64,000 nt of DNA from an uncultured Gemmatimonadales bacterium (GTDB lineage: Bacteria; Gemmatimonadota; Gemmatimonadetes; Longimicrobiales; RSA9): NCBI GenBank assembly GCA_963798085.1, contig CAWCRS010000003.1, forward strand, positions 1 through 64,000, given 5' to 3'. This document shows, in pieces, positions 1-11,482 of the stretch. Positions within the stretch are counted from its first letter, which is position 1, and the number at the start of each line of letters is the position of its first letter. The notes under the pieces are model-generated. The model was given only the letters and a program-made list of their open reading frames with translations, was not told the origin of the DNA and made no database searches. The position numbers and the translations under genes are program-made.

Positions 1-808
1 GCGTACGCCTGTGCCAGGGCGGCCCCGCCCAGATATCCGCTGAACCACACTCCCTCGCCGGCACGGCGGCGCGCTCGGCCGCGGCCGGGCCATCGCCCAC
101 GATCACGAGTGCGGTATCCGGCTCGGCCGCGCGGACGCGTGCGAACGCGTCCAGCAGCAGCGGCAGGCGCTTCTCGGGCGCCAGACGTACCGCATACAAC
201 GGGATCCGGCGGGCGCCGGGCGCGACTCGCGCGCGCACGGACGCCATGCGCCGCGCCGGCGAGAAGTGCGCCGCATCCACGCCGCGGCTCCGAATGTGGA
301 GGCGGTCATCAGGAACCCGTTGTCGCGCAGCATGCGCGCGGTGGCCTGACTGGGGCAGGAGGTAACACGCGCGTTCGCATGGAAGCCGCGCAGCCAGCGC
401 CACGCGGCCCGTTCCAGGCCGCCCATGCCGTAACCGGCCAGGTAGGCCGGGAAGTTGGTGTGGAAGGAAGTGACGAGCGGCACGCGTTCGCCGTCGCCCA
501 GGACAGGCCGGACCCGCCCACCGTGAATTCCGTGGCCACGTGCACGAGCTGCGGCGCAAAGCTCCGCAGGCGGCGCGCGCTCCACGGATCCAGCGGCACG
601 GACAGGCGCAGCTCGCGATAGAACGGCAGGCTCACGCCGGGCAGCTGGATGCGCAGGGCGCAGCCGGCGGGCGGCGGCCCGTGCAACCGGGGCGCCACCA
701 GCGCCACCTCGTGCCCGCGCGCGGTCGCGTGCTCGATCCAGCCCGCCAGCGTGCGGGCCACGCCGTTGATCTGTGGTGTGATCGTGTCGGTGAAGACGCG
801 ATGCGCAT
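1..808 (-). CDS. GT4-family glycosyltransferase (glycosyldiacylglycerol synthase-like), runs off the window edge, frameshifted
   Basis: Joined frames read MRIA.FTDTITPQINGVARTL...HEVALVAP...SLPFYRELRL...VHVATEFTVG...LVTSFHTNFPAY; GGAGGAG RBS before ATG at 808; several 1-nt indels. Confidence 0.85.
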
Positions 809-1246
809 ACGGGTCTCCTCCTGCGGAGCGTGGCTGGCGGACGGGGAGCCCCGCACGGAGAATCGCCGGCTAACGTGCCGTTCGTGTCATGGTCATGTAT
901 GGCGCAGGTCACGAATGCGGGAGGAACGCCGGTCTTGCCGTGCAATGGCATGTTGCAGAGTTGCTACCGTACCGTGATGGCGACGTCCGCCTGCGAGCCG
1001 ATCATGGGGTCCCATGCGAGCGCCCCCGGCCCCGTGGCCGACCCCGCCCGCGGCGGAGCCCGTCGCGTCCTCTCCCCTGCGCGGCATTCGCATCACGAAA
1101 TGTCATTCGCTGAAGAGCGCAATGGTGCACCCGCCTGGCGCTGCCGGGATCGCGGTTGCCGTGCAGTCGGAGCGTGGGCCGGCGCGGCGCGCGGGCCCGT
1201 GCGCCGGTGATCCCCCGCGCGCCCTCCTTTCTGTCCGGAGCGCGGC

Positions 1247-2248
1247 ATGAAAGCATGGCAGCGGCTGCTGCTGCGGCTGCTCTCGGCGGGGACCGTGATC
1301 GCAGCGACGGTGGGCGTGGTCGCGCGCGTGGGCGGCAGCGCCGGCGAGGTGCTGGGCTTCGCGTCGCTGCGGGCGCACGCGCTCGTGCTGGGCCTGCTCA
1401 CGCTGGACCTGACCTGCCGCGGCCTGCGCATGTCGCTGCTGGCGGGGCAGCTGGGCCACAGCGTGCCCCTCGGAACAGCCGTGTTCGCGCAGCTGGGCGG
1501 CGAGGGTGCGGCCGCGCTCACGCCCGCGCGCGCGGGCTCCGACGCGGGACGCATGCTGGTGCTGCGCCGGGCCGGCGTACGGCTCTCGCAGGGCGGCGCG
1601 ATTGTCGTCGCGGAAATGGTGTTCGAGGTAGTGGCGCTGCTGCTGGTAACGGGTGTGCTCGTGCTGCTCGTGCCGTTCACGCGGCGGGCGCTGCCCGGCG
1701 TGCTGCTCTATGCCGGCGTAGTGCTGACCACGACGCTGGGCGCGCCCACGCTGGCCCGCGCCGTGCTGCGGCGGCCCGACCGTTTTCCGCGGCTGCGGCC
1801 CCGGCTCGAGCGCTGGGGCCTGTTCGCCTCGCTGCATGGCTTCCAGGAGGCATGCTCGGTGCTGCGCCGGGCGCCGCTGATAACGTACGGTTTGTTGTTG
1901 CTGCTGTCCGCCGCGCACATCGCGGCCCGCCTCAGCATCCTGCCCGCGCTGCTCTCCGACCAGCTGGCGGCGGGCGAATTCGGTCCGGCGCTGGGCTGGC
2001 CGCTGCTGCTGCTGTACGCGGGTGCGCTGGTACCGGTGCCCGGGGGCGGCGGTGCGCTGGAGCTGGCTTTTGCGGCCGTGCTGGGCCGGACGCTGGGACC
2101 GGCGACGGGCGCGGCGCTGGTCTGGTGGCGCGTCTACACCTTCCATCTCCTGGCCGCGACCGGCGGCTGCGTGCTGTTGCGCGCCGCGGCGCCGCCTCGC
2201 TGCCAACAAGTTACCACGGCCATAACGCGCCGTTACGAGAGTCCGTGA
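1247..2248 (+). CDS. Lysylphosphatidylglycerol synthase TM-domain / UPF0104 flippase-like membrane protein
   Basis: 333 aa, about 8 hydrophobic segments; motifs TPARAGSD, PVPGGGGALE, WWRVYTF. Confidence 0.8.
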   Translation: MKAWQRLLLRLLSAGTVIAATVGVVARVGGSAGEVLGFASLRAHALVLGLLTLDLTCRGLRMSLLAGQLGHSVPLGTAVFAQLGGEGAAALTPARAGSDAGRMLVLRRAGVRLSQGGAIVVAEMVFEVVALLLVTGVLVLLVPFTRRALPGVLLYAGVVLTTTLGAPTLARAVLRRPDRFPRLRPRLERWGLFASLHGFQEACSVLRRAPLITYGLLLLLSAAHIAARLSILPALLSDQLAAGEFGPALGWPLLLLYAGALVPVPGGGGALELAFAAVLGRTLGPATGAALVWWRVYTFHLLAATGGCVLLRAAAPPRCQQVTTAITRRYESP

Positions 2249-2288
2249 TGGTTTGGTGCGACCGAACTCCGGCAAGGGAACGGAGAAC

Positions 2289-3194
2289 ATGCCCCAGCCC
2301 GTGATGCACATCCTGCTGGCATGTCGTCTGCTCGAACGCTGGCAGCGCGAACCGCAGGCAGCGCCTTTCCGCGCCGAGCCGCAGGTCCTGCAGCATTTCG
2401 CGCATGGCGCACTGGCGCCGGACATCGGTTTCTTCCCCGGCTGCAGCAGTCGCATTTCCCGGCTCGTGCATGCGGGCGGCAGCGCCCGCGCCGCGCGCCG
2501 GCTGCTGGCCACGGCACGCACCAACGCGGAAGTGGCGTTCGCATGGGGCTGGGTGTCGCACGTGATCGCGGACATCGAATTGCACCCGCTGGTGAACGCA
2601 GCCGTGGCAGCGGCGGACGGAAACGGGCGGCCTTACGATCGTGCCGGGTTCGAGAGCGGCCACGCGCGCATCGAGCTGGGTCTGGATGCGCAATGCTATG
2701 CGCTGGAGCCGGCGCTGCGCCGGCTGCGATTGCGAACGGCCTACGGTCGACACAGCATCGATCACGTGGCCCACGCGCTCCGCTTCGTCTACAACGTCCC
2801 GCTCACTCCCCGCAAGCTTCTCTCCTGGCATCGCAACGTCGCCTTCTTCTACAACGCGCATGTGCAGCTGGCGCGGCTGGCGGCGCACAACATCGGGCTG
2901 CTGTGTCCGGCCGGGCCGGGCCTGCGGCTGCGCCACCTGCGGTGGGCGGGCCGGCTGCTGCTGGACAGGGCGTCGGCGGCGTATGCCTTCCTGGATCCGT
3001 TTCTGCCTGACACGACATTTCGGGAAGCGGTCAATGCCGGGCTGCGCCGCAGTGAGCAGATCATCGCGCGCTACGCGGTCACGGACCTGACGCACCTGAT
3101 GGACCACGACCTGGAAACCGGGCAGCCCTGTGTGACGCGGCCGGCCGTGCGGCCGGGCCGCACCCGCCTCGAGCCCGCGCTGCTCTCGGCATGA
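2289..3194 (+). CDS. Zinc-dependent phospholipase C family protein
   Basis: MPQPVMH N-terminus, GALAPD, AWGWVSHVIADIELHPLV, HARIE; GGAG RBS before ATG at 2289. Confidence 0.75.
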   Translation: MPQPVMHILLACRLLERWQREPQAAPFRAEPQVLQHFAHGALAPDIGFFPGCSSRISRLVHAGGSARAARRLLATARTNAEVAFAWGWVSHVIADIELHPLVNAAVAAADGNGRPYDRAGFESGHARIELGLDAQCYALEPALRRLRLRTAYGRHSIDHVAHALRFVYNVPLTPRKLLSWHRNVAFFYNAHVQLARLAAHNIGLLCPAGPGLRLRHLRWAGRLLLDRASAAYAFLDPFLPDTTFREAVNAGLRRSEQIIARYAVTDLTHLMDHDLETGQPCVTRPAVRPGRTRLEPALLSA

Positions 3195-3709
3195 CACCGG
3201 GAGCCCTGCTGGTGGAGCTGAGCCGGCGCGATGCGCGGGCGCTGGACTACCTGGTGGTGCGGCGCCGGCCCATCCTGGACCGCGTGCTGCGTGTACTCAC
3301 GCATCTGGGCGACCCGCCCGTCGTGGTTTCGCTGGCGCTGGCGCTGCTGCTGACGCCCGCCGCGCGCGAGCTGGGCCGGGCAGTGGCCATCGCGCTGGTC
3401 GCCTCGCACCTGGGGGTGCAGCTGCTCAAACGCACGATTACACGGCCGCGACCGCAGCTGCCCGTGGGCGTCGCTTCGCTGGTCCAGGCGCCGGACCGCT
3501 TCAGCTTCCCGTCCGGTCACGCCACGGCGGTGCTGGCCATTGCGCTGGTGCTGACCTCGGCACTGCCCGTGCTGCCCGGCGCTCTGCTGATCACGCTGGC
3601 GCTGCTGGTCGGCCTGTCACGCTGTTATCTGGGCATTCACTACCCCGGCGACGTGCTGGCGGGCTGGGCGCTGGCGGCCACGGGCGCGGCGCTCGCGATT
3701 CTGCTCTGA
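3191..3709 (+). CDS. PAP2-family lipid phosphatase
   Basis: KxxxxRxRP, SFPSGHA and SRCYLGIHYPGDV motifs; ATGA overlap with upstream gene. Confidence 0.9.
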   Translation: MTPGALLVELSRRDARALDYLVVRRRPILDRVLRVLTHLGDPPVVVSLALALLLTPAARELGRAVAIALVASHLGVQLLKRTITRPRPQLPVGVASLVQAPDRFSFPSGHATAVLAIALVLTSALPVLPGALLITLALLVGLSRCYLGIHYPGDVLAGWALAATGAALAILL

Positions 3710-3713
3710 AGCC

Positions 3714-5613
3714 TTGCGCACGGACGAAGCTGCACGGGCGATGAAGGCGGACGCGGCGGCCGGGCTGGTCACGCCTGCCACCGTGCGCGGCGTGTACCTG
3801 TGGGCCGGCGACGCCACCATCGATCTGCAGCGCGCGAAATTTCCCGACAGCCCGGTCGACGAGGCGGCGCATCATTTCGCGCACACCACCGAAGCGGCCC
3901 GCGAGCTGGCACGCTGCGGCCTGAACCTCGCCTTCCTGTCAATGAACTGGGGGTTCCCCCCCGAGCGCGAAGCGAATCACTGGGCGCAGTTCCGCGACGC
4001 GGCGCTGCGCTACCACGACGAGGGCTTCCGCGTCATCGGCTACGTGCAGGCCTCCAACTGCCTGGCCACGGGCAGTTACGCCAGCCGGGACTGGTACGCG
4101 CTCACACCCGAGGGCCGCACGATCCCGTACTTCCGGCGCCGTCTGATGACGTGCTGGAACCATCCGGCATGGATCGGCGAAGTGGGGGCGCGCGCGCTCG
4201 ACGTGCTGGATGCGGGCGGCGATGGCGTGTTCTTCGACAATCTGTGGGGATGGGCGCTACGCCGTGGCTGCTGGACGGCGAGGTGGGCGGGTTCGCGGGC
4301 TGCGCCTGCGCGCGCTGCCGCAATGCGTTCTGGCGCGCGACGGGGCTGCGCCCGCCCCGCCGGCTCCGGCCGGGGGACGAGGCCGGCCGGGCCTGGCTGG
4401 CGTGGCGGGCCAATGTGGTAAACACGCGGTTTGCTGGCTGGTCCGCGCTGGTGCGGGCGCAGCAGCCGGGCGCCTGGGTGCTGTGCAACAATTCCGACGT
4501 CATGCTGCGTGACACGGTCTCGGCTCCTTCGGCCTCGATCCCGCCCGGCTGGCGCCGCACCAGGAAGCGATCCTGGTGGAGAACGTCGCCATGCCGCGCA
4601 GCGATGAGCCCGGACGCCGGCTCATCGCGAGCGCGCTACCGCTCAAGGCATTGCGTGCCGTGGCGCCTGACCGGCCCATCCTCAACGTCACCTACGAGCG
4701 CGGCATCGGCCTGGATGGCGCGCCGCCGCCGCAGGTCATGGCCCGCACCATCGCCGAGGCTGCGGCGCTCGGCGTAGTGCCCGTGATCAAGGGCTCCGAG
4801 TACCTGGACGAGCGGCGCCGCTTCACCGTGCTGACCGCGCCGGCGCTGGCGGCGCCCAGGGCCGCGATGACACCGCTGTTCGCGTGGCTGCGCGCCAGCG
4901 AGCCGCTGTTCGCGGATCTCGGACCCGACCCCAACGTCGTCGTGCTCTATGATGACGTCGCCATTGCCGCAGACTTCACGGCGCTCAGCGCCGCGACGTT
5001 CGGCGTGGCCGCGGCGTTGCTGCACGAGGGCGTGGCCTTCACGTTCGCGACGCGCGAGCGGCTGGCCGACTTCCCCAATGTGCCCGTGCTGGTGCCGCCG
5101 GGCGTCGTGCCACCGGGCGGCGCCGGGGCCCGCGTGATCGTGGTGGAGCCCGCGCTGCTGGCGCCGTTGCGGCTGGGCGCGGGCGTGATGCGCTCGCGTC
5201 CGTTGCGGGCGCTGGCGGATCCGCTGCTGCGCGGCTTCAGTCGCAGCTATTTCTCTTCCGCGTTCGTGCGGCGCAGCGTCGATGCCAGTGGCATGACCGC
5301 GCGCTTCCTGCGCAGCCGCTACTTCACACTGCCCGACGACACGGCACGCATCGCGGCGCTCGCGGGCACGCCGTGCACGCCGCGCCCCGAAGCCCCCGCG
5401 CTGGTCGAGGCCTGGCGCCGCCTCAATGGCGCCCGCGTGGTGCACATCGTGAACTACGGGGACGCGACCATCCGCGTGCGCTTCCCCGACGACATCACGG
5501 ATTGGCGGTTGCACACGCCCAATGCGGGCACGACCGTGAACCGGGACGAGCGGGTGCTATGGCTCGAGCGGTACGCGGTACTGGAGTCGTCGCCTGCAAC
5601 CCCGGACGACTGA
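3714..5613 (+). CDS. Putative glycoside hydrolase-like TIM-barrel protein (GH42/GHL6-like), frameshifted near 4247 and 4525
   Basis: Joined frames: GFRVIGYV...TCWNHPAW...DGVFFDN...GCACARCRNAF...WLAWR, then a trimerisation/GATase-like region (VVVLYD...ALLHEGVAF). Confidence 0.5.
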
Positions 5614-5816
5614 GCCCTCTCCGCACCAGGCCCCGGTGACCACCACCACACAGTCACGCGTGCACGGGTTCGCCCCTGTCTGAAGGCGTTCCGCGGGCGC
5701 TGTGCTGCGCGTGGTCCCGCCACGGTAACGGTGCCGCTCTGCCTGTCGTCGAAGAATGCGGTACGCGCGTGAGGTCAGCGTGCCTCGCCTCTGTCGACGC
5801 CACTGTGGAGGATCGC

Positions 5817-8254
5817 ATGACCGGTCTCGAGCCGCATCGTGCCCCGGGTCTTGCCGCCGTCCGCCGCAACCGCCTCGAGGCGCTGCTGCGCGATGTGCGC
5901 CTTGCGGCGCGCTCGCTGCGCCGGGCCCCCGCCTTCTCGCTGACTGCGCTGTTCACACTGGCGCTGGGCATTGGCGCGAGCACGGCCATCTTCGGGCTGG
6001 CCTGGGCCATCCGGCTCAAGCCGCTGCCGTACGAGCACGCCGAGCAGCTGGTCAACCTGTACGACATCTACCGTGGCTCGGGCGGCGGCTATCTTTCGGC
6101 GCCCGAGCTGGAGGACTACAAGCGCGAGACGCGCAGCTTCTCCGGCATGTCGGGCTACCTGTACGGCGCCGGCTTCACCACGCTCGATGGCGAGGTGAAA
6201 CGTATTCGCGTAAGGTGCCGCCCGATCTGTTTCCGCTGCTGGGCGCGCGCCCGGCCCTGGGCCGCGGCTTCACGGAGGCCGATGTCGACGGCGCCAACGG
6301 CCCCGTGCTGATCCTCAGCCATGCGTTCTGGCAGAAGCACTTCGCCCCCGACCCGGAATGTGCTGGGCAAGTCTCTGAACATGAACGGCGCCAGCTACAC
6401 GATCGTGGGCGTGATGCCGCGCGATTTCGCATTCCCGCAGACGTTCAAGGCGGATGCCTGGCAGCCGCTGCGCCATTTCGACCCCTCGATGGATCGCCGC
6501 CAGCGTTACGTACAGACCCTTGCCCGCCTCAAACCCGGTGTTAGCATGGCCGAAGCGAGGGCCGAGATGACGCGGCTGGCGGACGGCCTGGCCAGGGCGT
6601 ATCCCGCCACCAACGAAGGCTGGAGCGTCGGGCTGGCACCGCTCGCCGAGCAGCTGCTGGGCGGCTACCGCGCGGCGTTCGGCGCACTGCTGGGCGCCGT
6701 GGGTGTGCTGTTGCTCATGGCCTGGGTGAACATTGCCAGCGTGTTCCTGGCGCGGAACACGGCGAGGCGCCATGAGCTGGCGCTGCGTGCGGCGCTGGGC
6801 GCCGGGCGCAGACGGCTGGCGCAGCAGGTGCTGATGGAATCCATGCTGCTGGCTCTGCCGGGCGGCGGCGCGGGCCTGCTGCTGGCGCGCGCCGGCACGC
6901 GGCGCTGTCCGCCTGATGCCGCAGTACACGCCGCGCATCGGGAAGTGCGCGTGGACCTTCCGGTCTTCTGTTCGCCGCGTTGGCGGCCGCGCTGTCCGGC
7001 GTGCTCTCCGGGCTGCTGCCATCCCTGCGCAGCGCGGCGGCGGCTCCCGGCGATGCGTTGCGACCGAGGGCCGCACCTCGTGGGACAGCGCCGCCACGGC
7101 CTGCAGACGGCGCTCGTCGTCACGGAAGTGGCCCTGTCCATCGTGCTGCTGGTGGGAGGCGGACTCATGGTGCGCAGCTTCGCGGCGCTGCTGCAGCAGG
7201 ATCACGGCTTCCAGGCGGACACCTGCTCACGCTGCACCTCACTCTGCCGTTCGCGCGTTATCGGCGCCGGCGAGACACGCGGGCAGCGTTTCAGAACGTG
7301 CTCGAGCAGTCGCCCGGCTGCCGGGGGTGCAGGCGCCGGCGCGGTCACGGGCTATCCTGACAGCTCGTTAGGATTCTGGGCATGCTGCGGTGAGCGCGAC
7401 CCGCTGAAGCCGGAAGCCGCGGTGTTGGGCGCCCTGCGGGCCGGCAGCGCGGGCTATTTCCGCGCCATGGGGATCCCGGTGCTGGCAGGGCGTGGGTTCA
7501 GCGAGCGCGATGGCGCCGGGCGGGCCCGGCACGGTGATCATCGTGACAGACGCTGGCGAAACGACTGTTCGCGGATGGGAACGCGGTGGGCCGTTCGCTG
7601 GCGGTGCCGCAATCAGGCACGGTGCCCGCGGGGGCGCGTTACCGTCGTCGGCGTCGTGGGCGATGTGCGCCTGGGCGCGCGGCCGGGCCGGAATGTACGT
7701 GCCGCTCACCAGTCGGTCGCGTTCTGGTCCGAATCGTGGTGCGCACGCGCCCGGACCCGTTGCACGTTGCGGCCGCCGTGCGCGAGACCGTGCGCGGGAT
7801 CGACAAGGAGATGCTCATCGAGCAAATGCAGACCATGGATCACGTGCTGAGCGACCAGCTGGCACTGCAGCGGGCGCAGAGCTTCACGGTGGGATTGTTC
7901 GCGGTTCTCGCCCTGCTGCTCGCGGCCGTGGGGCTCTACGGTCTGCTCTCGTGGCTGGTGAGCCAGCAGCTGCCGGAGCTGGGCGTGCGCGTGGCGCTGG
8001 GCGCCAGCCGCGGCAACATCTTCGCGGTGGTGGCCCGGCGCGGGCTGTTGCTGACCGGCGGCGGCATTGCGCTCGGTTCGCTGGCGGCAGTGGCGCTGGT
8101 ACGGGCGTTGCGCAATCAGGTGTTTGGACTGCGCACCTTCGACCCGTGGGCCGCCGCGGGCGCCGCGCTGCTGCTGCTCGCCGTCGCCTTCCTGGCGTGC
8201 TGGCTGCCGGCGCGGCGGGCCACGCGCGTGGACCCGCTGTCCGCACTGCGTTGA
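5817..8254 (+). CDS. ADOP-type duplicated ABC permease (MacB/FtsX domains), multiple frameshifts
   Basis: DVRLAARSLRRAPAFS, TLALGIGASTAIF, ELALRAALGAGRRRL, EVALSIVLLVGGGL, PARRATRVDPLSALR. Confidence 0.85.
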
Positions 8255-8274
8255 AGGCGACGACGCTCGTCCCG

Positions 8275-11178
8275 CTACGTGCGCGGATCCGGCTTCACCG
8301 CGAACGTGCGCGTGTAGCTCCTGCCGTTCACGGTGAGCTTTGCCGTGAATGTCGCCGGTGAGCCGGACACCGCCGCCGCGACCGAAGCCGCCGCCACCTC
8401 CGCGCCCCCGCGGCCGCCTCGCCCGCCCGCCTCGCACCGGTGTCCACGCGACGCGATGCATCCCGGCGCTCGCCGAGAACGGCTCGGGCTCGGGCCGCCA
8501 GAGTGGTGACGTGTTCGGGAATGCCACCACCCGGCCTCCACGACCGCCGACCGGCCGCCCACCGCCGGCGGCGCGGCCACCTGGCTGCTGAAGGTCTCGA
8601 GCGACCGCGCCGCGCCGCATCCAGGATCTCGAGCGTTACCGGACCCGCTGGCGATCGGACTTGAGCCAGTAGTCGATGTACGCGCCGTTGGGCGGGTTCG
8701 GCGTCTGCGGCTCGTCCTTCTGCAACGGCGTGCCGTTGTCGCCGCCCTGCACGTAGTTGATGGCATCGGCCGGCTGGAACAGGAACGCGTCGGCGGCGAG
8801 CACTGTCGGTATTGACCTGGCGCAGCGGGCTGATGTCGTCGATCGACCCAGAAGCCGCGGCCGTGCGTGGCCACGATCAGGTCGTTGCCGTAGACCTGGA
8901 AGTCGCGCACCGATGTGACGGGCAGATTGAGCTGCAGCGGCTGCCAGTTGTCGCCATCATCGAAGGAAACGAACGCACCGCGCTCGGTGCCCGGCGAAGA
9001 GCAGTCCCTGCCGCTCGGGATCCTCCCGGACCACGTGCACGTACACGCCGGCGGGCAGCCCGTTGCGTGATCCGCTGCCAGGTCGTCCCCATGTCGCGGG
9101 TGCGGTAGATGTACGGGTCGAAGTCCTGCAGCTGGTGCCGGTCGACGCTGGCGTACGCCGCGTTGAAATCGAAGTGCGAGGCCTCGATCGTCGTGACCCG
9201 GCTCCACGCCGTCAGCTCGCCGGCGGCGTCACGTTCTGCCAGCTGCGGCCGTCGTTCGTCGTGACATGGATCAGGCCGTCATCCGTTCCCACCCAGACCA
9301 TGGGCACGAGCAGGGGCGAGGGCGCGATCGTGTAGATAACACCGCGTTTGCCGTTGCGGTCGGTCTGCGCCGCGGCGGCCGCGTCCAGGTTGGGCGGAAC
9401 GCCCGGGTCGGGGCGCGTGAGGTCATCACTGATGCGCGTCCACGTCGCGGCCGTGTCCGTGGACTTGAACACGAACTGGTTGGCGTAGTAGAGCGCGCGC
9501 GGGTCGGCGCCGGAGAGCACGAGCGGCTGGGTCCAGTCGCGTGCGCCCGGGCTCCGGGCCTTCCGGCGACGTGCTGCCGGGCACGGACCGGTTCTGCTCG
9601 AGGTCGTAACGACTGCCTGTGCCGCCGTAGATGATGCCGGGGTGCAGCGGATCGCCCGCCGTGCAGCCGCTCTCGCCGCCCGCGCCGATGGGCTCCCAGT
9701 CACGCGTCGAGATCTCGCCGAACTTGCCGCGCGAACGCACGGCCACGGCGCCGCTGTCCTGCTGCGCGCCCGTCACCCAGTACGGGAAGCGATAGTCGAC
9801 GGAGAGGTGGTAGATCTGCGCCGTCGGCTGGTTCAGCCACGAGCTCCAGGTGACCTCGCGCGGGTCTTCCGCCTTCGCGTTGTGCGTGATGATGCAGCCC
9901 TGGTCGCTGGCGACGATCATGGTGTTAGTGTCGTCGGGCGATACCCAGGCCTGGTGGTAGTCGTCGCCGCCGGGCGAGCCGCGCAGCGCCACCCACGTAC
10001 TGCCCGCCGTCCATGGTGCGCGAGACGGCGACATTGGGCACGTACACGATGTCCGGGTCGTGCGGATCGACGGCCAGCTTCTCGAAGTACCAGCCGCGTC
10101 CCCAGAGCGCCGAGTCGGCAGACAGGCGGCGCCAGGTCTCGCCGCCATCATCGGAGCGGAAGAAGCCGCCCTGCTGCGGCTGCGGCGCCTGACCGCCACC
10201 ACCCGCCCGGCCGCCGCCGGCGGCTGGCGGTGGGGGTGCCGTGCCGTCCTCGTTCAGCAGACAGTCGATGACCGCGTAGACCCGCCGCGGATTGCCCGGC
10301 GCAATGGCGACACCGCTCCGTCCAATGCCCTCTTTCGGCAGTCCGGATGTCAGCTGCTTCCACGTGCTGCCGCCATCGGTCGACTTGAAGATGCCGCCGC
10401 CCGGTCCGTTGCGTGGGCGCGTACGCGTACCACGGCGGACGTCGCGTATTCCACAGGCAGGCGAAGACGATCTGCGAATTCGACGGGTCGATGACGACAT
10501 CGACGGCCCCCACGTTCTCGTTCCTGTACAACACCTTCTGCCAGGTGCGTCCGCCATCGTGCGAGCGGAACACGCCGCGCGTCCGGATTGGCGGCGTACA
10601 GGTGCCCGATGGCGGCGACAAACACGATGTCAGGATTCTTCGGGTCGACCGCGACCTTGCCGATGTGCTGCGTGTCATCCAGCCCGATGTGTGTCCAGCT
10701 CGCGCCGGCATCGGTCGACTTGTACATGCCGTTGCCGAAGCCCGATGGAATCGCGCAGCGTCGATTCGCCGCTGCCGACGTAGACCACGTCCGGCGCGGA
10801 AGGCGCCACCGCGAGCGCACCAATGGAAGCGACGGGCTGCGAATCGAAAACGGGCGTCCACACGCGCCCGGCATCGATGGTCTTCCAGACGCCGCCGTTC
10901 ACCGAGCCGAAGTAGAACTCGTTGGGCCGACCCACTACGCCACACACCGCGTCGACACGGCCACCGCGGAACGGGCCGAGCATGCGCCAGCGCAGTCCCG
11001 AGTACAGCTGGCTCTGCTGCCACGCCGCGTCGAGCGGGCGGATGGACAATGTGTCGTCGCCTGCCATCCGCTGCGCATGCGGCAGCGAACCCAGCCATGG
11101 TCCCACCACAGGCAGAGCAACTCCGAGCTGGCCGGCGATCGCGAGAAAGTCGCGGCGCGAAAAAGCTGGATCGGGCAC
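8275..11178 (-). CDS. Tat-exported VPS10/BNR-repeat beta-propeller glycosyl hydrolase-like protein, multiple frameshifts
   Basis: SRRDFL Tat motif; LRWRMLGPFRGGRV, GGVWKTIDAGRVW, repeated SxDGGxTW boxes, ATHGRGFW. Confidence 0.85.
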
Positions 11179-11253
11179 GGGTGCCTCCGGTTCTTCTGCT
11201 TCCGATTCGGTTCTTTGAGGTATGCGAGCGCCGTGGCGCTGTCAACCGGAGGA

Positions 11254-11474
11254 CCGTTTCCGGGGCTGGGGCTCGGGCTGGGGCGGGGGAACAGAGCGAT
11301 GGTTCGTGAAACGTGCGCAGCGCAACGTGAGCAGGTTGCCACGACAGCGGAGCAGGACGCCAGAGTGAAACAGACTGCGCGTCCATCGGCACCATGTCAC
11401 ACAACTGACGCGCACACACACGAACCCGCGCGTCTGTTCCCCAGCCCGAGCCCGAGCCCCAGCCCGAGCAACGG
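11254..11474. repeat. 42-bp imperfect inverted repeat pair of G-rich hexamers (REP/MITE-like)
   Basis: 11254-11295 matches the reverse complement of 11433-11474 at 37 of 42 positions. Confidence 0.85.
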
Positions 11475-11482
11475 TCGCGGAC

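Noticed and set aside
809..1246. Pho box in the divergent promoter of the lipid cluster
   Set aside because: GTCAT/TCAC half-sites occur but not at a convincing 11-bp period; too degenerate to call.
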